Part shown: piece by piece, positions 38,606-53,837 of the stretch
How the letters are laid out: each line of letters starts with the position of its first letter
Numbering within the stretch: position 1 is the first letter of the stretch
From: Eledone cirrhosa
Taxonomy: Eukaryota
DNA: 64,000 nucleotides
NCBI GenBank assembly: GCA_964016885.1
Contig: OZ024741.1
Location: 257,114,001-257,178,000, forward strand
Direction: 5' to 3'
Program-made: the position numbers and the translations under genes
Notes under the pieces: model-generated
Told to the model about the DNA's origin: nothing
Seen by the model: the letters and a program-made list of their open reading frames with translations, nothing else
Database searches by the model: none

Positions 38606-41600
38606 GTTTCGCTTTACGAGTGTTTAGACTTACGAGTGTTTCGACTTACGAGTGTTTCGGCTTACGAGTGTTTTGACTTACGAGTGTTTTGACTTACATG
38701 TGTTTCGACTTACGCGTGTTTCGACTTACGAGTGTTTCGACTTGCGAGTGTTTCGACTACGGGTGTTTCGACTTACGAATGTTTTGACTTACGGATGTTT
38801 TGACTTACGGGTGTTTCGGCTTACGAGTGTTTCGACTTACGAGTGTTCTGACTTACGAGTGTTCTGACTTACGAGTGTTCTGACTTACGAGTGTTCCGAC
38901 TTACGAGTGTTTCGACTTAAGAGTGTTTCGGATTACGAGTGCTTCGACTTACGAGTGTTTCGGCTAACGAGTGTTTCGACTTACGAGTATTCTGACTACG
39001 AGTGTTCTGACTTACGGGTGTTCTGACTTACGAGTGTTCCGACTTACGAGTGTTTCGGCTTTCGAGTGTTTCGACTTACGAGTGTTTCGGGTTACGAGTG
39101 TTTCGACTTACGAATGTTTTCACTTACGAGTGTTTCCGCTTACGAGTGTTTCGACTTACGAGTGTTTCGACTTACGAGTGTTTTGACTTACGGTTTTTCG
39201 GCTTGCGAGTGTTTCGACATACGAGTGTTTTGACTTACGGGCGTTTCGACTTACGGGTGTTTCGACTTACGAGTGTTTCGACTTACGAGTGTTCTGTCTT
39301 ACGAGTGTTCTGACTTGCGAGTGTTCCGACTTACGAGTGCTTCGGCTTACGAGTGTTTCGACATACGAGTGTTTTGACTTACGGATGTTTCAACTTACGG
39401 GTGTTTCGACTTACGAGTGTTTCGACTTACGAGTGTTCTGACTACGAGTGTTCTGACTTACGGGTGCTCTGACTTACGAGTGTTTCGACTTACGAGTGTT
39501 TCGACTTACGAGTGTTTCGGCTTACGAGTGTTTCGACTTACGAGTGTTTTGACTTACGAATGTTTTGCCTTACGGGTGTTCCGATTTACGAGTGTTTCGA
39601 CTTACGAGTATTCTGACTTACGAGTGTTCCGACTTACGGGTGTTTCGACTTACGAGTGTTTCGACTTACGAGTGTTCCGACCTATGAGGGTTTCGGCTTA
39701 CTGGTGTTCCGACTTACGAGTATTTTCGGCTGACGAGTGTTTTGACTTACGATTGTTTCGGCTTACGAGTGTTTCGGCTTACGAGTGTTTTGATTTACGA
39801 GTGTTTTGACTTACGGGTGTTTCGACTTACGCGTGTTTCGACTTACGAGTGTTTCGACTTACGAGTGTTTCGGCTTATGAGTGTTTCGAATTACGAGTGT
39901 TTTGACTTACGGGTGTTTTGACATACGAGTGTTTCGGTACGAGTGTTCTGACTTACAAGTGTTCTGACTTCCGAGTGTTCTGACTTACGAGTGTTCTGAC
40001 TAACGGGTGTTCTGACTTACGAGTGTTCCGACTTACGAGTGTTTCGGCTATGAGTGTTTTGACTTACGGGTGTTTCGACTTACGGGTGTTTCGACTTACG
40101 AGTGTTTCGACTTACGTGTGTTTCCGCTTACGAGTGTTTCGGCTTACGAGTGTTTCGAATTACGAGTGTTTTGGCTTACGAATGTTTTGACTTACGGGTG
40201 TTTCGGTGTACGAGTGTTTCGACTTAAGGATGTTTCGACTTACGAGTGTTTCGACTTACGAGTGTTTCGACTTACGAGTGTTTCGACTTACGAGTGTTTC
40301 GACTTACGAGTGTTTTGGCTTACGAATGTTTTGACTTACGGGTGTTTCGACTTACGGGTGTTTCGGCTTACGAATGTTTCGGCTTACGAGTGTTTTGACT
40401 TACGAGTGTTCTGACTACGAGTGTTCTGACTTACGGGTGTTCTGACTTACGAGTGTTCCGACTTACGAGTGTTTCGGCTAATGAGTGTTTCGACTTACGG
40501 GCGTTTCGACTTACGGGTGTTTCGACTTACGAGTGTTTTGACTTACGAGTGTTCTGACTTACGAGTGTTCTGACTTACGAGAGTTCCGACTTACGACTGT
40601 TTCGACATACGAGTGTTTTGACTTACGATGTTTCGACTTACGAGTGTTTCGACTTACGGGTGTTTCGACTTACGAGTGTTTCAACTTACGAGTGTTTCGA
40701 CTTACGAATATTTCGACTTACGGGTGTTTCGGCTTACGAGTGTTTCGACTTACGAGTGTTCTGACTTACGAGTGTTCTGACTTACGAGTGTTCCGGCTTA
40801 CGAGTTTTTCGACTTACGAGTGTTTCGACTTACGAGTGTTTCGACTTACGAGTGTTTCGACTTACGAGTGTTTCGGCTTACGAGTGGTTTGACTTACGAG
40901 TGTTCTGACTACGAGTGTTCTGACTTACGAGTGTTTCGGCTTATGAGTGTTTCGACTTACGAGTGTTTCGGTTTATGAGTGTTTCGACTTACGAGTGTTT
41001 CGGCTTTCGAGTGTTTCGACTTACGAGTGTTTCGGGTTACGAGTGTTTCGACTTACGAATGTTTTCGCTTACGAGTGTTTTCGCTTACGAGTGTTTCGAC
41101 TTACGAGTGTTTCGACTTACGAGTGTTTTGACTTACGGTTTTTCGGCTTGCGAGTGTTTCGACATACGAGTGTTTTGACTTACGGGCGTTTCGACTTACG
41201 GGTGTTTCGACTTACGAGTGTTTCGACTTACGAGTGTTCTGACTACGAGTGTTCTGAATTACGGGTGCTCTGACTTACGAGTGTTTCGACTTACGAGTGT
41301 TTCGACTTACGAGTGTTTCGGCTTACGAGTGTTTCGACTTACGAGTGTTTTGACTTACGAATGTTTTGCCTTACGGGTGTTCTGGTTTACGAGTGTTTCG
41401 ACTTACGAGTATTCTGACTTACGAGTCTTCCGACTTACGGGTGTTTCGACTTACGAGTGTTTCGACTTACGAGTGTTCCGGCCTATGAGGGTTTCGGCTT
41501 ACTGGTGTTCCGACTTACGAGTATTTTCGGCTGACGAGTGTTTCGAGTTACGAGTGTTTTGACTTACGATTGTTTCGGCTTACGAGTGTTTCGGCTTACG

Positions 41601-44600
41601 AGTGTTTCGGCTTATGAGTGTTTCGAATTACGAGTGTTTTGACTTACGGGTATTTTGACATACGAGTGTTTCGGTACGAGTGTTCTGACTTACGAGTGTT
41701 CTGACTTACGAGTGTTCTGACTTACGAGTGTTCTGACTAACGGGTGTTCTGACTTACGAGTGTTCCGACTTACGAGTGTTTCGGCTATGAGTGTTTTGAC
41801 TTACGGGTGTTTCGACTTACGGGTGTTTCAACTTACGAGTGTTTCGACTTACGTGTGTTTCCGCTTACGAGTGTTTCGGCTTACGAGTGTTTCGAATTAC
41901 GAGTGTTTTGGCTTACGAATGTTTTGACTTACGGGTGTTTCGGTGTACGAGTGTTTTGACTTAAGGATGTTTCGACTTACGAGTGTTTTGACTTACGAGT
42001 GTTTCGACTTACGAGTGTTTCGACTTACGAGTGTTTTGGCTTACGAATGTTTTGACTTACGGGTGTTTCGACTTACGGGTGTTTCGGCTTACGAGTGTTT
42101 CGACTTACGAGTGTTTTGACTTACGAGTGTTCTGACTTACGAGTGTTCTGACTTACGAGTGTTACGAGTTACGAGTGTTCCGACTTACGAGTGTTTCGGC
42201 TTACGAGTGTTTCGGCTTACGAGTGTTTCGGCTTACGAGTGTTTTGACTTACGAGTGTTCTGACTACGAGTGTTCTGACTTACGGGTGTTCTGACTTACG
42301 AGTGTTCCGACTTACGAGTGTTTCGGCTAATGAGTGTTTCGACTTACGGGCGTTTCGACTTACGGGTGTTTCGACTTACGAGTGTTTTGACTTACGAGTG
42401 TTCTGACTTACGAGTGTTCTGACTTACGAGAGTTCCGACTTACGACTGTTTCGACTTACGATTGTTTTGACTTACGAGTGTTCCGACTTACGAGTGTTTC
42501 GGCTTATGGGTGTTTTGACGTACGAGTATTTTTGGCTTACGAGTGTTTCTACTTACGAGTGTTTTGAATTACGATTGTTTCGGCTTACGAGTGTTTCGAC
42601 TTACGAGTATTTCGACTTACGAGTTTTTTTACTTACGGTGTTTCGGCTTACGAGTGTTTCGACTTATGAGTGTTCTGATTTACGGATGTTTCGACATCCG
42701 AGTGTTTTGACTTACGGTGTTTCGACTTACGAGTGTTTCGACTTACGAGTGTTTCGACTTACGGGTGTTTCGACTTACGAGTGTTTCGACTTACGAGTGT
42801 TACGACTTACGGGTGTTTCGGCTTACGAGTGTTTCGACTTACGAGTGTTCTGACTTACGAGTGTTCCGGCTTACGAGTTTTTCGACTTACGAGTGTTTCG
42901 ACTTACGAGTGTTTCGGCTTACAAGTGTTTCGGCTTACGAGTGGTTTGACTTACGAGTGTTCTGACTACGAGTGTTCTGTCTTACGAGTGTTTCGACTTA
43001 CGAGTGTTTCGGCTTATGAGTGTTTCGACTTACGAGTGTTTCGGCTTACGAGTGTTTCGACTTACGAGTGTTTCGACTTACGGGTGTTTCGACTTACGAG
43101 TGTTTCGACTACGAATGTTTCGACTTACGAGTGTTTCGACTTATGGGTGTTTCGACTTACGAGTGTTTTTACTTACGGTGTTTCGGCTTACGAGTGTTTC
43201 GACATACGAGTGTTTTGACTTACGGGTGTTTCGACTTACGAGTGTTTCGACTTACGAATGTTTTGACTTACGGGTGTTTCGGCTTACGAGTGTTTCAATT
43301 TATGAGTGTTTCGGCTTACGAGTGTTTCGACTTACTAATGTTTTTACTTACGAGTGTTTCGGCGTACGAGAGTTTTGACTTACGAGTGTTTCTACTTACG
43401 AGTGTTTCGACTTACGAGTGTTTTGACTTACGAATGTTTTGACTTACGGGTGTTTCGGCTTACGAGTGTTTCGACTTACGAGTCTTTCGGCTTACGAGTG
43501 TTTCGACTTACTAATGTTTTTACTTACGAGTGTTTCGGCGTACGAGTGTTTCGACTTACGAGTGTTTCGACTTACGGGTGTTTTGACTTACGGGTGTTTC
43601 GGCTTACGAGTGTTTCGACTTACGAGTGTTTTGACTTAAGGGTTTTTCGACTTACGAGTATTTTTGGCTTACGAGTGTTTCGACTTACGAGTGTTTTGAC
43701 TTACGAGTGTTCTAATTTACGGATGTTTCGACATACGAGTGTTTTGACTTACGAGTGTTTCGACTTATGAGTGTTTCGACTTACGAGTGTTTCGGCTTAC
43801 GAGTGGTTTGACTTACGAGTGTTCTGACTACGAGTGTTTTGACTTACGAGTGTTTCGGCTTATGAGTGTTTCGACTTACGAGTGTTTCGACTTACGGGTG
43901 TTTCGACTTACGAGTGTTTCGACTACGAGTGTTTCCACTTACGAGTGTTTCGGCTTACGAGTGTTTCGACATACGGGTGTTTCGACTTACGATGTTTCGG
44001 CTTACGAGTGTTTCGACTTACGAGTGTTCTGACTTACGGGTGTTTCGACATACGGGTGTTTCGACTTAAGAGTGTTTCGACTTACGAGCGCTTCGACTTA
44101 CGAGTGTTCTGACTTACGAGTGTTCCGACTTACGAGTGTTTCGGCTTACGAGTGTTTCGACTTACGAGTGTTCCGGCTTACGCGTGTTTCGACTTACGAG
44201 TGTTTCGGCTTATGAGTGTTTCGACTTACGAGTGCTTCGGCTTACGAGTGTTTCGACTTAGGAGTGTTTCGGCTTACGAGAGTTTCGACTTACGAACGTT
44301 TTGGCTTACGAGTGTTTCGGCTTACGAGTGTTTCGACTTACGGGCGTTTCGACTTACGGGTGTTCCGACTTAAGAGTGATTCGACTTACGAGCGCTCCGA
44401 CTTACGAGTGTTCCGACTTACGAGTGTTTCTGCTTACGAGTGTTTCGACTTACGAATGTTTCGACTTACGAGTGTTTCGGCTTACGAGTGTTTCGACTTA
44501 CTAATGTTTTTACTTACGAGTGTTTCGGCGTACGAGTGTTTCGACTTACGAGTGTTTCGGCTTACGAGTGTTTCGACTTACGAGTGTTTTTGGCTTACGA

Positions 44601-47600
44601 GTGTTTCGACTTACGAGTGTTTTGACTTACGAGTGTTCTGATTTACGAATGTTTCGATATACGAGTGTTTCGACTTACGAGTGTTTCGACTTACGGGTGT
44701 TTCGACTTACGAGTGTTTCGACTTACGAATGTTTCGACTTACGGGTGTTTCGGCTTACGAGTGTTTCGACTTACGAGTGTTCTGACTTACGAGTGTTCTG
44801 ACTTACGAGTGTTCCGGCTTACGAGTTTTTCGACTTACGAGTGTTCTGACTTACGAGTGTTCCGGCTTACGAGTTTTTCGACTTACGATTTTTTCGACTT
44901 ACGAGTGTTTCGACTTACGAGTGTTTCGGCTTACGAGTGGTTTGACTTACGAGTGTTCTGACTACGAGTGTTCTGACTTACGAGTGTTTCGGCTTATGAG
45001 TGTTTCGACTTACGAGTGTTTCGGTTTATGAGTGTTTCGACTTACGAGTGTTTCGGCTTACGAGTGTTTCGACATACGGGTGTTTCGACTTACGGTGTTT
45101 CGGCTTACGAGTGTTTCGACTTACGAGTGTTTCGACTACGAATGTTTCGTCTTACGAGTGTTTTGACTTACGAGTGTTCTGACTACGAGTGTTTCGACTT
45201 ACGAGTGTTTTTACTTAAGGGTGTTTCGACTTACGAGTATTTTTGGCTTACGAGTGTTTCGACTTACGAGTGTTTTGACTTACGAGTGTTCTGATTTACG
45301 AATGTTTCGACATACGAGTGTTTTGACTTACGATGTTTCGACTTACGAGTGTTTCGACTTACGAGTGTTTCGACTTACGAGTGTTTCGACTTACGAATGT
45401 TTCGACTTACGGGTGTTCCGGCTTACGAGTGTTTCGACTTACGAGTGTTCTGAATTACGAGTGTTCTGACTTACGAGTAATCCGGGTTACGGGTTTTTCG
45501 ACTTACGAGTTTTTCGACTTACGAGTGTTTCGACTTACGAGTGTTTCGGCTTACGAGTGGTTTGACTTACGAGTGTTCTGACTACGAGTGTTCTGACTTA
45601 CGAGTGTTTCGGCTTATGAGTGTTTCGACTTACGAGTGTTTCGGTTTATGAGTGTTTCGACTTACGAGTGTTTCGGCTTACGAGTGTTTCGACTTACGAA
45701 TGTTTCGACTTACGGGTGTTTCGACTTACGAGTGTTTCGTCTACGAGTGTTTCGGCTTACGAGTGTTTCGACATACGGGTGTTTCGACTTACGGTGTTTC
45801 GGCTTACGAGTGTTTCGACTTACGAGTGTTTTGACTTACGAGTGTTCTGACTTACGAGTGTTCCGACTTACGAGTGTTCCGACTTACGAGTGTTTCGGCT
45901 TACGAGTGTTTCGGCTTACGAGTGTTTCGGCTTACGAGTGTTTTGACTTACGAGTGTTCTGACTACGAGTGTTCTGACTTACGGGTGTTCTGACTTACGG
46001 TGTTCCGACTTACGAGTGTTTCGGCTAATGAGTGTTTCGACTTACGGGCGTTTCGACTTACGGGTGTTTCGAATTACGAGTGTTTTGACTTACGAGTGTT
46101 CTGACTTACGAGTGTTCTGACTTACGAGTGTTCCGACTTACGACTGTTTCGACTTACGAGTGTTTTGACTTACGAGTGTTCCGACTTACGAGTGTTTCGG
46201 CTTACGGGTGTTTCGACGTACGAGTATTTTTGGCTTACGAGTGTTTCGAGTTACGAGTGATTTGAATTACGATTGTTTCGGCTTACGAGTGTTTCGACTT
46301 ACGAGTATTTCGACTTACGAGTTATTTTACTTACGGTGTTTCGGCTTACGAGTGTTTCGACTTACGAGTGTTTCGACTTACGGGTGTTTTGACATACGAG
46401 TGTTTCGATACGAGTGCTCTGACTTACGAGTGTTCTGACTTACGAGTGTTCTGACTTACGGGTGTTCTGACTTACGTGTGTTCCGACTTACGAGTGTTTC
46501 GGCTATGGGTGTTTCGACTTACGAGTGTTTCGACTTACGAATGTTTTGGCTTACGTGTGTTTCGGCTTACGAGTGTTTCGACTTACGAATGTTTTGGCTT
46601 ACGAGTGTTTCGGCTTATGGGTGTTTCGTCTTACGAGTGTTTCGACTTACGAGTGTTTTGACTTACGGTGTTTCGGCTTACAAGTTATTCGACATACGAG
46701 TGTTTCGACTTACGGGTGTTTCGACTTACGGGTGTTTCGACTTACGAGTGTTTCGACTTACGAGTGTTCTGACTTACGAGTGTTCTGACTTACGAGTGTT
46801 CTGACTTACGAGTGTTCCGACTTACGAGTGTTCCGACTTACGAGTGTTTTGACTTACGAGTGTTCTGACTTACGAGTGTTCTGACTTACGAGTGTTCCGA
46901 CTTACGAGTGTTCCGACTTACGAGTGTTTCGGCTTACGAGTGTTTCGGCTTACTAATGTTTTTACTTACGAGTGTTTCGGTGTACGAGTGTTTCGACTTA
47001 AGGATGTTTCGACTTACGAGTGTTTCGACTTACGAGTGTTTCGGCTTACGAGTGTTTTGGCTTACGAATGTTTTGACTTACGGGTGTTTCGACTTACGGG
47101 TGTTTCGGCTTACGAGTGTTTCGACTTACGAGTATTTTGACTTACGAGTGTTCTGACTTACGAGTGTTCCGACTTAGGAGTGTTCCGACTTACGAGTGTT
47201 TCGGCTTACCAGTGTTTCGGCTTACGAGTGTTTCGGCTTACGAGTGTTTTGACTTACGAGTGTTCTGACTACGAGTGTTCTGACTTACGGGTGTTCTGAC
47301 TTACGAGTGTTCCGACTTACGAGTGTTTCGGCTAATGAGTGTTTAGACTTACGGGCGTTTCGACTTACGGGTGTTTCGACTTACGAGTGTTTTGACTTAC
47401 GAGTGTTCTGACTTACGAGTGTTCTGACTTACGAGTGTTCCGACTTACGATTGTTTCGACTTACGAGTGTTTTGACTTACGAGTGTTCCGACTTACGATT
47501 GTTTCGGCTTACGGGTGTTTCGACGTACGAGTATTTTTGGCTTACGAGTGTTTCGACTTACGAGTGTTTTGAATTACGATTGTTTCGGCTTACGAGTGTT

Positions 47601-48156
47601 TCGACTTACGAGTATTTCGACGTACGAGTTTTTTTTTACTTACGGTGTTTCGGCTTACGAGTGTTTCGACTTATGAGTGTTTCGACTTACGAGTGTTCTG
47701 ACTTACGAGTGTTCTGACTTGCGAGTGTCCCGACTTACGAGTGTTTCGGCTTACGAGTGTTTCGACATACGAGTGTTTTGACTTACGGATGTTTCGACTT
47801 ACGGGTGTTTCGACTTACGAGTGTTTCGACTTACGAGTGTTCTGACTACGAGTGTTCTGACTTACGGGTGTTTCGACTTACGAGTGTTTCGACTTACGAG
47901 TGTTCCGACCTACGAGGGTTTCAGCTTACGGGTGTTCCGGCTTATGAGTATTTTCGGCTTACGTGTGTTTCGACTTACGAGTGTTTTGACTTACGATTGT
48001 TTCGGCTTACGAGTGTTTCGACTTACGAGTGTTTCGACTTACGATTGTTTTGACTTACGATTGTTTCGGCTTACGAGTGTTTCGACTTACGAGTGTTCTG
48101 ACTTACGAGTGTTCTGACTTACGAGTGTTCTGACTTACGAGTGTTTCGACTTACGA

Positions 48157-48225
48157 AAATAACAAATAGACGCGGTTTCAAATCTGTATGCTTTTCAAGT
48201 TCATTACATTAATCTTTATTTATAC
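48157..48225 (+). repeat. 69-bp spacer, copy 8 (subtype B')
   Basis: Same as copy 6, offset 11117. Confidence 0.95.
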
Positions 48226-49653
48226 GTTTCGCTTTACGAATGTTTCGACTTACGAGTGTTTCGACTTACGAGTGTTTCGGCTTACGAGTGTTTTGACTTA
48301 CGGGTCTTTCGACTTACGCGTGTTTCCACTTACGAGTGTTCTGACTTACGAGTGTTCTGACTTACGAGTGTTCCAACTTACGAGTGTTTCGACTTACGAG
48401 TGTTTTGGCGTACGAGTGTTTTGACTTAAGGGTGTTTCGACTTACGAGTGTTTCGATACGAGTGTTTCGACTTACGAGTGTTTCGGCTTACGAGTGTTTC
48501 GACTTACGAGTGTTTCGACTTACGAGTGTTCAGATTTACGGATGTTTCGACATACGAGTGTTTCGACTTACGAGTGTTTCGACTTACGAGTGTTTTGACA
48601 TACGGGTGTTTTGACATACGAATGTTTCGATACGAGTGTTTCGACTTACGAGTGTTCTGACTTACGAGTGTTCTGACTTACGAGTGTTCTGACTTACGAG
48701 TGTTCCGACTTACGAGTGTTCCGACTTACGGGTGTTTCGACTTACGAGTGTTTCAACTTACGAGTGTTTCGACTTACGAATATTTCGACTTACGGGTGTT
48801 TCGGCTTACGAGTGTTTCGACTTACGAGTGTTCTGACTTACGAGTGTTCTGACTAACGAGTGTTCCGGCTTACGAGTTTTTCGACTTACGAGTGTTTCGA
48901 CTTACGAGTGTTTCGACTTACGAGTGTTTCGACTTACGAGTGTTTCGGCTTACGAGTGGTTTGACTTACGAGTGTTCTGACTACGAGTGTTCTGACTTAC
49001 GAGTGTTTCGGCTTATGACTGTTTCGACTTACGAGTGTTTCGGTTTATGAGTGTTTCGACTTACGAGTGTTTCGGCTTACGAGTGTTTCGACTTACGAGT
49101 GTTTCGACTTACGGGTGTTTCGAATTACGAGTGTTTCGTCTACGAGTGTTTCGACTTACGAGTGTTTCGGCTTACGAGTGTTTCGACATACGGGTGTTTC
49201 GACTTACGGTGTTTCGGCTTACGAGTGTTTCGACTTACGAGTGTTCTAACTTACGAGTGTTCTGACTTATGAGTGTTCTGACTTACGAGTGTTCCGACTT
49301 ACGAGTGTTTCGGCTTACGAGTGTTTCGGCTTACGAGTGTTTCGAATTACGAGTGTTTCGACTTACGAGTGTTTCGACTTATGAGTGTTTTGACTTACGG
49401 TGTTTCGGCTTACGAGTGTTTCGACTTACGAGTGTTTTGACTTACTGGTGTTTTGACATACGAGTGTTTCGATACGAGTGTTTCGACTTACGAGTGTTCT
49501 GACTTACGAGTGTTCTGACTTACGAGTGTTCTGACTTACGAGTGTTCTAACTAACGAGTGTTCTGACTTACGAGTGTTCTGACTTACGAGTGTTCCGACT
49601 TACGAGTGTTTCGGCTCACGAGTGTTTCGGCTTACGAGTGTTTCGACTTACGA

Positions 49654-49722
49654 AAATAACAAATAGACGCGGTTTCAAATCTCTATGCTTTTCAAATTCA
49701 GTACATTAATCTTTATTTATAC
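49654..49722 (+). repeat. 69-bp spacer, copy 9 (subtype A')
   Basis: Same as copy 7, offset 11117. Confidence 0.95.
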
Positions 49723-52700
49723 GTTTCGCTTTACGAGTGTTTAGACTTACGAGTGTTTCGACTTACGAGTGTTTCGGCTTACGAGTGTTTTGACTTACGA
49801 GTGTTTTGACTTACATGTGTTTCGACTTACGCGTGTTTCGACTTACGAGTGTTTCGACTTGCGAGTGTTTCGACTACGGGTGTTTCGACTTACGAATGTT
49901 TTGACTTACGGATGTTTTGACTTACGGGTGTTTCGGCTTACGAGTGTTTCGACTTACGAGTGTTCTGACTTACGAGTGTTCTGACTTACGAGTGTTCTGA
50001 CTTACGAGTGTTCCGACTTACGAGTGTTTCGACTTAAGAGTGTTTCGGATTACGAGTGCTTCGACTTACGAGTGTTTCGGCTAACGAGTGTTTCGACTTA
50101 CGAGTATTCTGACTACGAGTGTTCTGACTTACGGGTGTTCTGACTTACGAGTGTTCCGACTTACGAGTGTTTCGGCTTTCGAGTGTTTCGACTTACGAGT
50201 GTTTCGGGTTACGAGTGTTTCGACTTACGAATGTTTTCACTTACGAGTGTTTCCGCTTACGAGTGTTTCGACTTACGAGTGTTTCGACTTACGAGTGTTT
50301 TGACTTACGGTTTTTCGGCTTGCGAGTGTTTCGACATACGAGTGTTTTGACTTACGGGCGTTTCGACTTACGGGTGTTTCGACTTACGAGTGTTTCGACT
50401 TACGAGTGTTCTGTCTTACGAGTGTTCTGACTTGCGAGTGTTCCGACTTACGAGTGCTTCGGCTTACGAGTGTTTCGACATACGAGTGTTTTGACTTACG
50501 GATGTTTCAACTTACGGGTGTTTCGACTTACGAGTGTTTCGACTTACGAGTGTTCTGACTACGAGTGTTCTGACTTACGGGTGCTCTGACTTACGAGTGT
50601 TTCGACTTACGAGTGTTTCGACTTACGAGTGTTTCGGCTTACGAGTGTTTCGACTTACGAGTGTTTTGACTTACGAATGTTTTGCCTTACGGGTGTTCCG
50701 ATTTACGAGTGTTTCGACTTACGAGTATTCTGACTTACGAGTGTTCCGACTTACGGGTGTTTCGACTTACGAGTGTTTCGACTTACGAGTGTTCCGACCT
50801 ATGAGGGTTTCGGCTTACTGGTGTTCCGACTTACGAGTATTTTCGGCTGACGAGTGTTTTGACTTACGATTGTTTCGGCTTACGAGTGTTTCGGCTTACG
50901 AGTGTTTTGATTTACGAGTGTTTTGACTTACGGGTGTTTCGACTTACGCGTGTTTCGACTTACGAGTGTTTCGACTTACGAGTGTTTCGGCTTATGAGTG
51001 TTTCGAATTACGAGTGTTTTGACTTACGGGTGTTTTGACATACGAGTGTTTCGGTACGAGTGTTCTGACTTACAAGTGTTCTGACTTCCGAGTGTTCTGA
51101 CTTACGAGTGTTCTGACTAACGGGTGTTCTGACTTACGAGTGTTCCGACTTACGAGTGTTTCGGCTATGAGTGTTTTGACTTACGGGTGTTTCGACTTAC
51201 GGGTGTTTCGACTTACGAGTGTTTCGACTTACGTGTGTTTCCGCTTACGAGTGTTTCGGCTTACGAGTGTTTCGAATTACGAGTGTTTTGGCTTACGAAT
51301 GTTTTGACTTACGGGTGTTTCGGTGTACGAGTGTTTCGACTTAAGGATGTTTCGACTTACGAGTGTTTCGACTTACGAGTGTTTCGACTTACGAGTGTTT
51401 CGACTTACGAGTGTTTCGACTTACGAGTGTTTTGGCTTACGAATGTTTTGACTTACGGGTGTTTCGACTTACGGGTGTTTCGGCTTACGAATGTTTCGGC
51501 TTACGAGTGTTTTGACTTACGAGTGTTCTGACTACGAGTGTTCTGACTTACGGGTGTTCTGACTTACGAGTGTTCCGACTTACGAGTGTTTCGGCTAATG
51601 AGTGTTTCGACTTACGGGCGTTTCGACTTACGGGTGTTTCGACTTACGAGTGTTTTGACTTACGAGTGTTCTGACTTACGAGTGTTCTGACTTACGAGAG
51701 TTCCGACTTACGACTGTTTCGACTTACGAGTGTTTTGACTTACGAGTGTTCCGACTTACGAGTGTTTCGGCTTACGGGTGTTTCGACGTACGAGTATTTT
51801 TGGCTTACGAGTGTTTCTACTTACGAGTGTTTTGAATTACGATTGTTTCGGCTTACGAGTGTTTCGACTTACGAGTATTTCGACTTACGAGTTTTTTTAC
51901 TTACGGTGTTTCGGCTTACGAGTGTTTCGACTTATGAGTGTTCTGATTTACGGATGTTTCGACATACGAGTGTTTTGACTTACGGTGTTTCGACTTACGA
52001 GTGTTTCGACTTACGAGTGTTTCGACTTACGGGTGTTTCGACTTACGAGTGTTTCGACTTACGAGTGTTTCGACTTACGGGTGTTTCGGCTTACGAGTGT
52101 TTCGACTTACGAGTGTTCTGACTTACGAGTGTTCTGACCTACGAGTGTTCCGGCTTACGAGTTTTTCGACTTACGAGTGTTTCGACTTACGAGTGTTTCG
52201 GCTTACAAGTGTTTCGGCTTACGAGTGGTTTGACTTACGAGTGTTCTGACTACGAGTGTTCTGTCTTACGAGTGTTTCGACTTACGAGTGTTTCGGCTTA
52301 TGAGTGTTTCGACTTACGAGTGTTTCGGCTTACGAGTGTTTCGACTTACGAGTGTTTCGACTCACGGGTGTTTCGACTTAGGAGTGTTTCGACTACGAGT
52401 GTTTCGACTTACGAGTGTTTCGGCTTACGAGTGTTTCGACTTATGGGTGTTTCGACTTACGAGTGTTTTTACTTACGGTTTCGGCTTACGAGTGTTTCGA
52501 CATACGAGTGTTTTGACTTACGGGTGTTTCTACTTACGAGTGTTTCGACTTACGAATGTTTTGACTTACGGGTGTTTCGGCTTACGAGTGTTTCGATTTA
52601 TGAGTGTTTCGGCTTACGAGTGTTTCGACTTACTAATGTTTTTACTTACGAGTGTTTCGGCGTACGAGAGTTTTGACTTACGAGTGTTTCTACTTACGAG

Positions 52701-53768
52701 TGTTTCGACTCACGAGTGTTTTGACTTACGAATGTTTTGACTTACGGGTGTTTCGGCTTACGAGTGTTTCGACTTACGAGTCTTTCGGCTTACGAGTGTT
52801 TCGACATACTAATGTTTTTACTTACGAGTGTTTCGGCGTACGAGTGTTTCGACTTACGAGTGTTTCGACTTACGGGTGTTTTGACTTACGGGTGTTTCGG
52901 CTTACGAGTGTTTCGACTTACGAGGGTTTTGACTTAAGGGTGTTTCGACTTACGAGTATTTTTGGCTTACGAGTGTTTCGACTTACGAGTGTTTTGACTT
53001 ACGAGTGTTCTAATTTACGGATGTTTCGACATACGAGTGTTTTGACTTACGAGTGTATCGACTTACGAGTGTTTCGACTTACGAGTGTTTCGGCTTACGA
53101 GTGGTTTGACTTACGAGTGTTCTGACTACGAGTGTTTTGACTTACGAGTGTATCGGCTTATGAGTGTTTCGACTTACGAGTGTTTCGGCTTATGAGTGTT
53201 TCGACTTACGAGTGTTTCGGTTTACGAGTGTTTCGACTTACGAGTGTTTCGACTTACGGGTGTTCCGACTTAAGAGTGTTTCGACTACGAGTGTTTCGAC
53301 TTACGAGTGTTTCGGCTTACGAGTGTTTCGACATACGGGTGTTTCGACTTACGATGTTTCGGCTTACGAGTGTTTCGACTTACGAGTGTTCTGACTTACG
53401 AGTGTTCTGACTTATGAGTGTTCTGACTTACGAGTGTTCCAACTTACGAGTGTTTCGGCTTACGAGTGTTTCGGCTTACGAGTGTTTCGACTTACGAGTG
53501 TTTCGACTTACGAGTGTTTCGAATTACGAGTGTTTCGACTTACGAGTGTTTTGACATACGGTGTTTCGGCTTACGAGTGTTTCGACATACGAGTGTTTTG
53601 ACTTACGGGTGTTTCGACTTACGGGTGTTTCGACTTACGAGTGTTTCGACTTACGATTGTTTTGACTTACGATTGTTTCGGCTTACGAGTGTTTCGACTT
53701 ACGAGTGTTCTGACTTACGAGTGTTCTGACTTACGAGTGTTCTGACTTACGAGTGTTTCGACTTACGA

Positions 53769-53837
53769 AAATAACAAATAGACGCGGTTTCAAATCTGTA
53801 TGCTTTTCAAGTTCATTACATTAATCTTTATTTATAC
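53769..53837 (+). repeat. 69-bp spacer, copy 10 (subtype B')
   Basis: aatctgtatgcttttcaagttcattac. Confidence 0.95.

Larger units (their letters stand above)
29436..51717 (+). repeat. Tandem ~11.1-kb higher-order duplication (29436-40600 and 40601-51717)
   Basis: ORF-track pairs 29479/40644 and 32987/44152 (offset 11165), 34566/45620 (11054), and 37071/48188 and 40070/51187 (11117). Rare variants are shared, e.g. gagtaatccgggttacggg at 34421 and ~45475. Confidence 0.92.
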
